Below, piece by piece: positions 28,456-37,785 of a stretch of DNA of 64,000 nt. Each line of letters opens with the position of its first letter. The stretch's first letter is position 1. Source of the DNA: an uncultured Nitrospirales bacterium (GTDB lineage: Bacteria > Hydrogenedentota > Hydrogenedentia > Hydrogenedentales > GCA-2746185); contig CAZUJL010000015.1 of the NCBI GenBank assembly GCA_964620045.1, positions 15,203 through 79,202 on the forward strand. Direction: 5' to 3'. The notes below the pieces were generated by a model. It searched no databases, was not told where the DNA came from, and saw only the letters and a program-made list of their open reading frames with translations. Position numbers and translations under genes: made by a program.

Positions 28456-29735
28456 GCTGGGCTCCTCTTACCGACACCGATCGCGACGAGATGCTGGCGA
28501 CGATTGGCGTCAAACGAATCGAAGATCTGTTCGACACGATCCCGGCTTCGGCGAAGGTGAAGTCGTGGAATCTGCCGGCCGGCATGTCCGAGATGGCCGT
28601 GCGCGAAGAACTCGGCCGGCTGGCGGGAACGAACACTCCCGCGCCGATCAGCTTTTTGGGCGGCGGATTTTACGATCACTACATTCCGGCGGCGGTCGAT
28701 GCGCTATCCGGCCGTAGCGAGTTCTACACGGCCTACACGCCCTACCAGCCCGAATGCGCGCAGGGCACGCTGCAGAGCATCTACGAGTACCAAACCTCGA
28801 TCTGCCGCCTGACGGGCATGGAATTCGCCAACGCCTCCCTGTACGAAGGCGGCACGGCGGTGTTCGAAGCGGCCACGATGGCGATGCGCCTCACCGATCG
28901 CAGCAAGATCGTCGTGCACTCCTCGCTGAGCCCGGTCTATCGCAAGCAGCTCGACACGCACACGGCGAACCTGCCGGTGCAGATCGTGAGCGGCGATGAT
29001 CCGACGGATGCGGCCTGCGTGATCGTGCAGAACCCGTCCTTCCTCGGCGAGTTGAGCGACTTCACCGAACTTGGCAAGCGCTGCCAGGCCACTGGCGCGT
29101 TGCTGGTGGTTTCTTTTTATCCCATCTCTCTCGGCATCGTGAAGACGCCGGACGAAATGGGCGCGGACATTGCCATCGCCGAAGGCCAAAGCCTCGGAAT
29201 TCCGCTCGCCTTCGGCGGACCCTACCTCGGCATTCTCGCGACCTTGAAGAAGCACGTGCGCAAGATGCCGGGCCGTCTCTGCGGCGCGACGACGGACACC
29301 AAAGGCCGTCGCGGCTTCGTGCTCACGCTACAGGCGCGCGAGCAACACATCCGCCGCGCGAAGGCGATGTCAAACATCTGCTCGAACCAGGCCCTGTGCG
29401 CCTTGCGTGCGCTGATCTTTATGTCGCTCTACGGCAAGGAAGGTTTCCGCGATCTCGCGCGGCAGTGCCATTCCAAGGCCGAGTACCTCAAGAAGAAGCT
29501 GATTTTTGCGAAGGTGATTTCCAAAGGCGCGACGTTCAATGAATTTGCCGTGCGCCTGCCGAAGAATGCGGATGATGTGGTGAAGAAACTCGCCGCGCAG
29601 GGTTACCAGGCGGGTCTTCCACTCGCGTCGGTTGGCGCCGGCGAAGCGAATGACCTGCTCATCGCCGTCACCGAGCGCCGCACCAAAGCCCAACTCGACG
29701 CCTTCGCGAGCGCCCTGGAGGCCGCATGCAACTGA
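28452..29735 (+). CDS. gcvPA: Glycine dehydrogenase subunit 1
   Basis: FLGGGFY, YTPYQPE..QGTLQ, ANASLYEG, GIPLAFGGPYLG, LQAREQHIRR and SNICSNQ motifs. Confidence 0.96.
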   Translation: MSWAPLTDTDRDEMLATIGVKRIEDLFDTIPASAKVKSWNLPAGMSEMAVREELGRLAGTNTPAPISFLGGGFYDHYIPAAVDALSGRSEFYTAYTPYQPECAQGTLQSIYEYQTSICRLTGMEFANASLYEGGTAVFEAATMAMRLTDRSKIVVHSSLSPVYRKQLDTHTANLPVQIVSGDDPTDAACVIVQNPSFLGELSDFTELGKRCQATGALLVVSFYPISLGIVKTPDEMGADIAIAEGQSLGIPLAFGGPYLGILATLKKHVRKMPGRLCGATTDTKGRRGFVLTLQAREQHIRRAKAMSNICSNQALCALRALIFMSLYGKEGFRDLARQCHSKAEYLKKKLIFAKVISKGATFNEFAVRLPKNADDVVKKLAAQGYQAGLPLASVGAGEANDLLIAVTERRTKAQLDAFASALEAACN

Positions 29736-31168
29736 TTTACGAAAAATCCCGACCCGGCCGCCGTGCGATCACGCTGGACGCCTTGGATGTACCCGAAGCG
29801 ACGCTCCCGGCGAACGTCAGCCGCGCGGAATCCGCCGGCCTGCCCGAAATCGCCGAGATCGACGTCGTGCGTCACTTCACGGCGCTCTCGGATCGCAATC
29901 TCGGTCTCGACGCGCATTTCTATCCGCTCGGGTCCTGCACGATGAAATATAATCCGAAGATCGCCGAGGTCGTGGCCGCGCTGCCGGGTTTTGCGGCGCT
30001 TCATCCGCACCTCTCCTCGAGCGCGGCGACCTGGGCGCAGTGCCAGGGTGCGTTTGAGCTGATTTACGAAACCGAAAAAATGCTCGCCGAGATCGCGGGC
30101 ATGAGCGCCTGCTGTCTACAGCCGATCGCGGGCGCGCACGGCGAACTCGCCGGTACGCTGCTGATCGCGGCCTACCACCGCGAGCGCGGCAATACGCACA
30201 AGACGAAGATCATCGTGCCCGATTCCGCGCACGGCACGAACCCGGCCAGCGCCGCGATTGCGGGCTATGAAATCGTCGAGATCCCGTCGAACGATCGCGG
30301 GCTCATGGACGTCGAAACCTTCAAGGCCGCGCTGGACGACAATGTCGCCGGCGTGATGACGACCTGCCCGAACACGCACGGTCTCTTCGAGCCGGAGATT
30401 CAAGAAATCGCGCGGCTGTCGCACAAGGCCGACGCGCTGCTCTATTACGACGGCGCGAACCTGAACGCGATCCTGGGCGAATGCCGCCCGGGCGATCTGG
30501 GCTTCGACGTGATGCACTACAACCTGCATAAAACCTTCGCCACGCCGCACGGCATGGGCGGCCCCGGCAGCGGTCCTGTCGGCGTCAGCGAGCGCCTGGT
30601 TCCCTATCTCCCCGGCCCGCGCGTTGTGAAGAAGGGCAATGCCTTCGCGCTCGAGATGCCGCCGAAGTCCATCGGCAAGATGGCGCCGTTCTTCGGCAAC
30701 TTCGGCATGGCGGTGCGCGCGTACGCGTATATGCGCCACCTCGGGAAGGACGGCCTTCGCCAGGTCTCGCACGCGGCCGTGTTGAATGCGAACTACATCC
30801 ACGCGCGGCTCAAGGGCGCATATCAGTCGGCGTTCAACAGCCGCTTCATGCACGAGTGCATCTTCGACGCGACGCCGCAGGCCAAGAAGGGCTCGCGCGC
30901 GATGGACATCGCCAAGGCGCTGCTCGATTACGGCTACCACGCGCCGACCGTGTACTTCCCGCTCACGGTGCACGAAAGCATCATGATCGAACCGACGGAG
31001 ACCGAGTCGAAAGAAACGATGGATGCGTTCTGCGATGCGATGCTCGAAATCGCAAAGCGCATCGAGGCCGAAGGCGACCCGTACAAGGATGCGCCGTTCA
31101 CCACGCCGGTGAGCCGGCTCGACGAAGCCAAGGCTGCGCGCCAGCTCGATTGTTGCTACCGGCCATAA
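29726..31168 (+). CDS. gcvPB: Glycine dehydrogenase subunit 2
   Basis: YPLGSCTMKYNP, SAHGTNPASA, YYDGANLNA, HYNLHKTF (PLP lysine), LNANY and IEPTETES motifs. Confidence 0.96.
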   Translation: MQLIYEKSRPGRRAITLDALDVPEATLPANVSRAESAGLPEIAEIDVVRHFTALSDRNLGLDAHFYPLGSCTMKYNPKIAEVVAALPGFAALHPHLSSSAATWAQCQGAFELIYETEKMLAEIAGMSACCLQPIAGAHGELAGTLLIAAYHRERGNTHKTKIIVPDSAHGTNPASAAIAGYEIVEIPSNDRGLMDVETFKAALDDNVAGVMTTCPNTHGLFEPEIQEIARLSHKADALLYYDGANLNAILGECRPGDLGFDVMHYNLHKTFATPHGMGGPGSGPVGVSERLVPYLPGPRVVKKGNAFALEMPPKSIGKMAPFFGNFGMAVRAYAYMRHLGKDGLRQVSHAAVLNANYIHARLKGAYQSAFNSRFMHECIFDATPQAKKGSRAMDIAKALLDYGYHAPTVYFPLTVHESIMIEPTETESKETMDAFCDAMLEIAKRIEAEGDPYKDAPFTTPVSRLDEAKAARQLDCCYRP

Positions 31169-31169
31169 C

Positions 31170-31237
31170 CCGGGAACGTCAATCTCCCGATTGGCGATTT
31201 CAATTGCATGCGCCAATCGGGAGATTGGCGTTCCCGG
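31170..31237. repeat. 27-bp inverted repeat element
   Basis: CCGGGAACGTCAATCTCCCGATTGGCG (31170-31196) pairs with CGCCAATCGGGAGATTGGCGTTCCCGG (31211-31237), one G-U. Confidence 0.88.
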
Positions 31238-31251
31238 CAGCGTGAGGTGCC

Positions 31252-31962
31252 ATGTGGCTGCTTGACCATACCTGCGCAACGCCGGCCGAGAACCTCGCAC
31301 TGGACGAGGTCCTGCTGGACGAAGCGGAAGCCGGGCGACTGGACGAAGTCCTCCGGTTCTGGGAAAGCCCGACGTATTTTGCGGTCCTGGGGCTGAGTCA
31401 GGCGGTCGACACCCACGTCTACCGCGAAACCTGTGACCGGGACGGCGTCCCCATCCTCCGCCGTTGTTCTGCGGGTGGATGTGTACTCCAGGGGCCGGGC
31501 TGCTTGAACTTCTCCCTCATCCTGCGACTCGACCGCCCCGGCTGCGGATCGATCACGGCCTCGTACCGGACCATCCTGGGAAGCATCGCCACCGCCCTAA
31601 TTCCAACGGTGACGTTAACGGGAATTTCGGACCTGGCCATCGACGGCCGCAAGGTATCCGGTAACGCCCAGCGCCGGCGCGGCAAGTTCTTTTTGCACCA
31701 CGGCACCCTGCTCCTGAATTTCGACATTTCGAAATGCAGCACGTACCTTCGCGAACCCGACGATCGTCCGGAGTATCGAGCGGCGCGTTCGCACGGCGCC
31801 TTCATACGGAATCTAAACCTAACACAAGATGCGACGAAGATTTCTGTTTCGAGATTGTTTCAGGCGTCTCAATTGCTGTCTTTTTCGAGCGATCTCGCAG
31901 GCAAGATGACTTCGTTGGCAGGTTTGAAATACAACAATTCTGCATGGATCTTTCGAAAGTAG
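31252..31962 (+). CDS. Lipoate-protein ligase/lipoyltransferase, catalytic domain only
   Basis: ENLALDE, RFWE, RRCSAGGCV, KVSGNAQ and HHGTLL motifs; no C-terminal LplA domain. Confidence 0.88.
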   Translation: MWLLDHTCATPAENLALDEVLLDEAEAGRLDEVLRFWESPTYFAVLGLSQAVDTHVYRETCDRDGVPILRRCSAGGCVLQGPGCLNFSLILRLDRPGCGSITASYRTILGSIATALIPTVTLTGISDLAIDGRKVSGNAQRRRGKFFLHHGTLLLNFDISKCSTYLREPDDRPEYRAARSHGAFIRNLNLTQDATKISVSRLFQASQLLSFSSDLAGKMTSLAGLKYNNSAWIFRK

Positions 31963-32034
31963 CCATCCTCCGCTATTCCTCATATGGTACGATTACTGCG
32001 TACTAGTCAACAGATATTTTGATCGGGGGATCGT

Positions 32035-32463
32035 ATGCCGCTCGCCAGATGCGCTCGTTGCGAAAAGCTTTTCGAGAAAACCGCGCTCCCCGTCTGTCTG
32101 AACTGCATGCCGGCCGAAGAGGGCGACTACGAAAAAATCCGCGAATGCCTCAAAGATCATCCCGAAATGACGGTCGAGTTCATTAGCGAGACCACGGGGG
32201 TCACGCTAAGCTGCGTCATGCGAATGCTGGAACAGGGCCTGATCGTCAACGAAAAGACCGTCGGCATCTCGCGCTGCGGCCGATGCGGCGCACCCGCCAT
32301 CAGCGCCACCAAGAAGCTCTGCAACGGGTGCCTGGAAGAAATGAACCGGGAGGTCGCCAAGCAGCGCCACCTGGCCCAGACGCACCGCCGCAAGGACGTT
32401 AAAATCGGCGAATTCTCCACGGTCCGCGAATCGATGGATTCCAAACGCACCCAAAACAATTAG
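32035..32463 (+). CDS. YvyF-like Zn-finger/HTH protein
   Basis: CARC..LF...VCLNC, EDYEKIRECL, HTH, CGRCG and LCNGC motifs. Confidence 0.7.
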   Translation: MPLARCARCEKLFEKTALPVCLNCMPAEEGDYEKIRECLKDHPEMTVEFISETTGVTLSCVMRMLEQGLIVNEKTVGISRCGRCGAPAISATKKLCNGCLEEMNREVAKQRHLAQTHRRKDVKIGEFSTVRESMDSKRTQNN

Positions 32464-32663
32464 GTAGTGTTGCAACCCCCCGCGATCCTCGTGTAAAACG
32501 GAGCTATTCGGGCCGAGGGGGACCCGGATTCGCAGGCTGCCTGTTCTACGTCATGGCACTGCAATCCTCTTTCCCACTCCATCGAACGCAGTTCCGAACC
32601 TTTTCCGTTGTCGCGGGATTGCAGATGCGAGAGGCCCGCACGGGTGGATGATCGTTTAACAAC

Positions 32664-33908
32664 ATGAGTCTACGCTCCGCAGGGCGGATTCTTCCGCGCG
32701 TTGTGTCCGTCGCCTATCTGTGTCTTGCCGTGGCGACGGCGCAGGCCGAGCTTGTTCAATTCACGCTGCACAACGGCGGCACGGAACGGCTCCTCTCTCT
32801 CAACACGGTCTCGATTGAGGGTATCGACTATGTGCCCCTCGAAACGCTGGTGCAGCAAGCCGGCGGCTCATACAATGCCCTTCCCGCCCGCTTGCGCGTC
32901 GATCTCGGCGGCTCGACCGCGTGGCTGCGCGTCGGCGAATCGCGTGTCAACGCGCTGAGCATCTTCTCGCTCCGATATCCGTTGCGTGAGGAGAACAGCA
33001 TCCCGCTGATCGCCGCGAGCGACATTCCTGACTTCTTTCTAAAATCCTTCCGCACCAACGTTCGCGCGGAAGCGCCGATCGCGCCCGTGGCGCCGCCGAC
33101 ACCGATCGTGACACCACCGGGCGCGACTCCGACGACGACAGACACGCCGCCGGCGCGGCCGCTCCAGCCGATGGACGAACCAGACGCCTTGGAACAGCTC
33201 GGCGATCTGCCGACCGAGGCCACGCCCGTGGGGATCAGCCGCATCGTGATCGATCCCGGCCATGGCGGATACGACTCCGGCGTGCAGGCGGGCGATACGC
33301 TGAGCGAAGAGGCCATCACATTGGGTGTCGCGGAGCGCCTGAAATCGCTGCTGACAACCGACGAGCGCTTCGTCGTGGTGCTCACGCGTGAAGAAGACAC
33401 CGATATGTCCTTCGCGCAACGCGCGGATGCTTCCGGCGCCGCGCCGGGGACCCTGCTGATTAGCCTGCATGTGGGCAGCTCGCTCTCGCCAACGGCCGAA
33501 GGCGTTGCGGTGTTTTTCCCGACGCCGTCCAACGCCCCGCCAACCGGAAGCACCAGCGTGACCGCGACCTTGCTCGGTGTCGATCATCGCCTGCTGGTGG
33601 AAGGCCGCAAACTGGCTACTGAACTCGCCACCGCGATTAGCGCCTCGGCCAACGCGCGTCTGCGCGGTGTCATGGAAGCGCCGTTGCGCATGCAAAGCGA
33701 TATGGAAATCGTTACGGCGCAGATCGAACTCGGCTGCCTTACGAATGTGGCAGACGCGCAGCGTCTCGCATCGGAAGGATACCTCGCAAAACTCGCGACG
33801 GGCATTTTCAACGGCATCGTCGCCTACATCGACGGCCCCAAAGTAGAGCAAGCGGCCCCGGCGGCCAATGCGCCGGCGGAAACGCCGCCCGCGACCGTGG
33901 AGAACTGA
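32664..33908 (+). CDS. N-acetylmuramoyl-L-alanine amidase (Amidase_3)
   Basis: Signal peptide; IVIDPGHGG, SEE, LTREED, ISLH and IELGCLTN Zn/catalytic motifs. Confidence 0.87.
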   Translation: MSLRSAGRILPRVVSVAYLCLAVATAQAELVQFTLHNGGTERLLSLNTVSIEGIDYVPLETLVQQAGGSYNALPARLRVDLGGSTAWLRVGESRVNALSIFSLRYPLREENSIPLIAASDIPDFFLKSFRTNVRAEAPIAPVAPPTPIVTPPGATPTTTDTPPARPLQPMDEPDALEQLGDLPTEATPVGISRIVIDPGHGGYDSGVQAGDTLSEEAITLGVAERLKSLLTTDERFVVVLTREEDTDMSFAQRADASGAAPGTLLISLHVGSSLSPTAEGVAVFFPTPSNAPPTGSTSVTATLLGVDHRLLVEGRKLATELATAISASANARLRGVMEAPLRMQSDMEIVTAQIELGCLTNVADAQRLASEGYLAKLATGIFNGIVAYIDGPKVEQAAPAANAPAETPPATVEN

Positions 33909-33909
33909 G

Positions 33910-34557
33910 ATGTCTCCCCGCCGACCAACCCGCCCGAAAGACGTCGCCCGCACCGCCTTTGTGTCCATGTGGGGCGTGCTTACACTCGTATTGCTCTTCA
34001 TGGTCACGTTCCTGTTCGTGCGTCTGTCGCAGCGCGAACGCGATCTCGACGCCGTCACGCCGCTGATCGAGAGCCGCGGCGCCGTGCGCGAAGTGCCGCT
34101 GGATGCCGATCTGCCGCGCGTGCGCCTGTACTTCGCCAATCCGACCGATCTGCGTCTCGTGGGTGAAGAACGCCCGCTTGCGCTCACCGATTCCACGCGC
34201 GAGAACTGCCGCGCGGCGATCGATGCGCTCATCAAAGGCCCAACATCCGCGGCCGCGCCCACTTTGCCCTCCGTGGCGCAGGTGCGGGCGATTTATCTGC
34301 TCGACTCCGGCGAATTGATCCTGGATTTCTCGCGCGCGATCGATGTGCCCGAGATGCGCAGCGCCGGCGCGGAATGGCTTATGGTGCAGTCGCTCGCCCA
34401 CACGCTCACGCAGCCGGGCCTGCAAGGCTCCAAAGATCGCGCGGTCACCAGCATTCGTATCTTGTATGAAGGTTCGCCCGCCGCGCAGGGCAGTTTCCCA
34501 GCGCACATTCTGTTGAACGGCCCCGTGCGCCCCGACATCCGCCTCCTGGGCAGCTGA
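33910..34557 (+). CDS. GerMN domain protein with N-terminal TM anchor
   Basis: VRLYFAN, ALIKGP, LILDFS, SLAHTLT and VTSIRIL motifs. Confidence 0.83.
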   Translation: MSPRRPTRPKDVARTAFVSMWGVLTLVLLFMVTFLFVRLSQRERDLDAVTPLIESRGAVREVPLDADLPRVRLYFANPTDLRLVGEERPLALTDSTRENCRAAIDALIKGPTSAAAPTLPSVAQVRAIYLLDSGELILDFSRAIDVPEMRSAGAEWLMVQSLAHTLTQPGLQGSKDRAVTSIRILYEGSPAAQGSFPAHILLNGPVRPDIRLLGS

Positions 34558-35379
34558 ATGTCCACCTCCCCCACTGTTGCTTCGCCCACCATGCCGCTGG
34601 GCGTGTTCGATTCGGGCGTCGGCGGACTCACCGTGGTCCGCGCGCTGCGCCATCATCTGCCCGGCGAAAATATTTTGTATCTCGGCGACACCGCGCGCGT
34701 CCCCTATGGCAATCGATCGCCGGAAACGATCATCCGGTATGCACGCGCGTGTGTGGACCTACTGATGAAACGCGGTATCAAGGTGCTCGTCGTCGCGTGC
34801 AACACGGCGACGGCGCACGCCCTGCCCACGCTCGAGCGCGAGCTGAGCCTGCCCGTGATCGGCGTGCTGGAGCCCGGTTCGCGCGCGGCCGCGGCCCGCA
34901 CGAGGCGTGGGCGCATCGGCGTCATCGGAACGCGCGCCACGATCTCCAGCGGTGTGTATCAGGCGGCCCTGGGCCGTCTCGCGCCGGAGGCCTATGTGCT
35001 CGCGCGGGCGTGTCCAATGTTCGTGCCGCTTGCCGAGGAAGGCTGGATCGAAGGTCCGATTCCCACACAAGTAGCCGAGACCTATCTCACCGATCTGCGC
35101 AAGATCGAGATCGACTCGCTCTTGCTCGCGTGCACGCACTATCCTGTGCTTCTCAACACGATCCAGAAAGTCATGGGACCGGAGGTCACGATCGTGGACA
35201 GCGCCGACGCGACTGCGGAGACCGTCGCCGGCCTACTCGAACGTCTCGGTCTGCGCAACACCACCGGCGGCCGCGGCACTCTGGTCTCGCTGGTGAGCGA
35301 CGCACCGGAACGGTTCGCCGAAACCGGGCGCGCGTTCCTGGGCGAGTCGATTGGTAAAGTGGAATGGGTGGATCTCTGA
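34558..35379 (+). CDS. murI: Glutamate racemase
   Basis: GVFDSGVGGLTV, DTARVPYG, ACNTAT, LACTHYP and DSA motifs. Confidence 0.97.
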   Translation: MSTSPTVASPTMPLGVFDSGVGGLTVVRALRHHLPGENILYLGDTARVPYGNRSPETIIRYARACVDLLMKRGIKVLVVACNTATAHALPTLERELSLPVIGVLEPGSRAAAARTRRGRIGVIGTRATISSGVYQAALGRLAPEAYVLARACPMFVPLAEEGWIEGPIPTQVAETYLTDLRKIEIDSLLLACTHYPVLLNTIQKVMGPEVTIVDSADATAETVAGLLERLGLRNTTGGRGTLVSLVSDAPERFAETGRAFLGESIGKVEWVDL

Positions 35380-36782
35380 TGCCCGCCGACACTCCAAAAC
35401 CCGAAGCCACAGACGCGCCGGAGACGCCCGTCGGCCCGCGCCATTCGTGGATGGGCATCGGCCTTGGATTCGCGGTCTCGGCCGTGATGCTGGTCGCCAC
35501 GATGTGGGTGATTGGGCAATACCTGAAGCATCGTCCGATGGACCTCGCCGGACCCACGCACCAAGTCGCCGAAATCGCCGAAGGCGTTCTAAAAAATCTC
35601 GGGACGTCCGAGGAACTGATCGAAACCGTTGGCCCGCACTTGGAAAAGACGCCGCGCGCACAATTTTACCGCACGAGCATCACGGCGCATCTGCCCGGCT
35701 CGGTAAATCCGAATATTGCCGTGGACGCGATCGAGCGCGCGCTCCTGCGCAGCCGGATCGTGATCTCCGGGGAAGACGCTGCGGAATCCGAGCGCGTAAC
35801 CTACCTCAGCTTTGAAGGCAACGAAGTCGCCGACATTCGACTGATTCATGCGCCATCGTCAGACGCATCGCCCCACGGCCGGCGTCTGGATGAATCCTCT
35901 CACGACACACCCGAATTACACGCCGCGCCGTCGCACGACGAGCACGGCGCGGCCCCCGCCGATCAGCACCTGCTCGAACACGCCGAACCGGCCGCGGAAC
36001 CAGAGCACCATTCCGAAGCGCCGGCGGACCACTCCCCGGTGCGCGCGATGGCGATTCCGATGGGCATGTACGCGCCCTCGTTTGGCGAAATTGCCGCGCA
36101 CGGCCGCGCGAAGGTTGCACAGGCACACCCGCGCGTCGCGATTATTGTGGACGATGGCGGCTACGGCGGCGAGTGTACAGAGATCATCCTCGGCCTCGAT
36201 CCGGGGCTGACCTTCGCTATCTTGCCGAACACCCCCGTCGGCACAACGCTCGCGGTCGAAGCCGCGCAGCGCGGCTTTGAAATCATGTTGCACATGCCAA
36301 TGGACAACGATAGCGAATCGCTGAAGCATCCGGGGCAGATCGACACGACCATGGGCGCCGCCGAGATTCAGCGCCTTACGCAGGATGCCCTCGCGCAGGT
36401 GCCCGGTGCCGTCGGCATCAACAATCACACCGGCTCGAAATTCACGGCGGACGCAACCGCGATGCGCCATTTCATGGGGGGAATTCAAAAATCCGGTTTG
36501 TATTTCGTCGATAGCCGGACGACGGCGAACTCCGTGGCCGGCGATATCGCGCGTGAGTTCCACATCCCCGAAGCCGCGCGAACCTTGTTCCTCGATCACG
36601 ACAATGCCGATGCGGAAATCCGCGCACGGTTTCACGAATTAATCCAGGACGCCCATGCGCAGGGCAGCGCCATAGGCATCTGCCATTTCCGGCCAAACAC
36701 CGCCGTCGTGCTGCGCGACATGCTTCCGTTGCTGCAGACCGAAGGCATCCAGTTGGTCCACGCCTCGGAACTCGTACGATGA
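35379..36782 (+). CDS. Divergent polysaccharide deacetylase (YibQ-like) with His-rich linker
   Basis: AIIVDDGG, LTFAILP, EIMLHMPM, GINNHTGS, YFVDSRT, FLD and GICH motifs; N-terminal TM. Confidence 0.88.
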   Translation: MPADTPKPEATDAPETPVGPRHSWMGIGLGFAVSAVMLVATMWVIGQYLKHRPMDLAGPTHQVAEIAEGVLKNLGTSEELIETVGPHLEKTPRAQFYRTSITAHLPGSVNPNIAVDAIERALLRSRIVISGEDAAESERVTYLSFEGNEVADIRLIHAPSSDASPHGRRLDESSHDTPELHAAPSHDEHGAAPADQHLLEHAEPAAEPEHHSEAPADHSPVRAMAIPMGMYAPSFGEIAAHGRAKVAQAHPRVAIIVDDGGYGGECTEIILGLDPGLTFAILPNTPVGTTLAVEAAQRGFEIMLHMPMDNDSESLKHPGQIDTTMGAAEIQRLTQDALAQVPGAVGINNHTGSKFTADATAMRHFMGGIQKSGLYFVDSRTTANSVAGDIAREFHIPEAARTLFLDHDNADAEIRARFHELIQDAHAQGSAIGICHFRPNTAVVLRDMLPLLQTEGIQLVHASELVR

Positions 36783-37756
36783 GCCGCGTGCTTGCGATCG
36801 AGACATCCTGCGACGAAACCGGTGTCGCCGTGATCGAAGACGGCTGTCGCATCGTGAGCAATGAACTGGCCTCGCAAATCGAAGTCCACGCCGCGTTTGG
36901 CGGGGTTGTGCCGGAAATCGCGTCACGCCGGCATACGGAAATCATTTCGCAGATGGCTCAGCGCGCGCTGGATGCCGCCGAGAGTCGCGTGGACGCTGTC
37001 GCGGTTACGGCAGGCCCCGGACTGATGGGCTCGCTGTTGGTGGGGGTGTGTTTCGCGAAGGCCTTTGCGCATGTGCGCGATCTACCGCTGATCCCCGTGC
37101 ACCACATCGAGGGCCATCTCTTCTCTCCCTTCCTCAATGGCGAGCCGCCGGCTTTTCCCGCGCTCGCGCTCGTGGTCAGCGGCGGGCACACGCAACTGGT
37201 TTATTGCCGTGCAGCGCATGAGTACGAATTGCTCGGCGCCACGCGCGACGACGCGGTGGGCGAATCGTTCGACAAGGTCGCACGACTCCTGGGGCTTCCC
37301 TATCCCGGCGGGCCGAGCATTCAGCGCGCCGCGGCGACTGGAAACCCGAAGGCTTTTGACTTTCCGCGCAGCATGGCGCACTCGGACAATCTCGATTTCA
37401 GCTACAGCGGCCTGAAAACGGCCGTGCTCTATGCCTTGCGCGAAAATCCATCGGCGAACCCGTCAGACGTCGCCGCGAGTTTCCAGGCGGCCGCCATCGA
37501 CATTCTTGTCACCAAAACCCAGACGGCCCTGGAACAGACCGGCGCCCCGCGGCTGCTCGTCGTGGGCGGCGTGGCCGCCAATAAACTGCTCCGCGATCGC
37601 CTGCTGGCCGAGATCCGGGTGCCGGTCCTGATCCCCCCGTTTGCCCTTTGCACCGACAATGCCGCAATGATTGGGGCGGCCGGCCATTCCCGCTGGATGC
37701 ACGGAAACGTGGGAAATCTCCGTCTCACCCCCAATCCTGGATTATTTTTGGTATAA
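36779..37756 (+). CDS. tsaD: tRNA t6A biosynthesis protein TsaD
   Basis: IETSCDET, GGVVPEIASRRH, HHIEGH, VSGGHT, DDAVGESFDKVAR and CTDNAAMI motifs. Confidence 0.97.
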   Translation: MSRVLAIETSCDETGVAVIEDGCRIVSNELASQIEVHAAFGGVVPEIASRRHTEIISQMAQRALDAAESRVDAVAVTAGPGLMGSLLVGVCFAKAFAHVRDLPLIPVHHIEGHLFSPFLNGEPPAFPALALVVSGGHTQLVYCRAAHEYELLGATRDDAVGESFDKVARLLGLPYPGGPSIQRAAATGNPKAFDFPRSMAHSDNLDFSYSGLKTAVLYALRENPSANPSDVAASFQAAAIDILVTKTQTALEQTGAPRLLVVGGVAANKLLRDRLLAEIRVPVLIPPFALCTDNAAMIGAAGHSRWMHGNVGNLRLTPNPGLFLV

Positions 37757-37757
37757 T
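37749..37757 (+). promoter_or_regulatory. Extended -10 promoter overlapping the tsaD stop codon
   Basis: TG-G-TATAAT; the TAA at 37754-37756 is the tsaD stop; lies 28 nt before the pilT-like ATG. Confidence 0.5.
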
Positions 37758-37785
37758 TCCCGGAGTCACAGGGGGGTCGTCCGTA

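Noticed and set aside
32505-32640. c-di-AMP (ydaO) riboswitch
   Set aside because: GGGGGACCC and CCGAACC are present, but GGGGUGAAU and GUCAGCUAACC are missing
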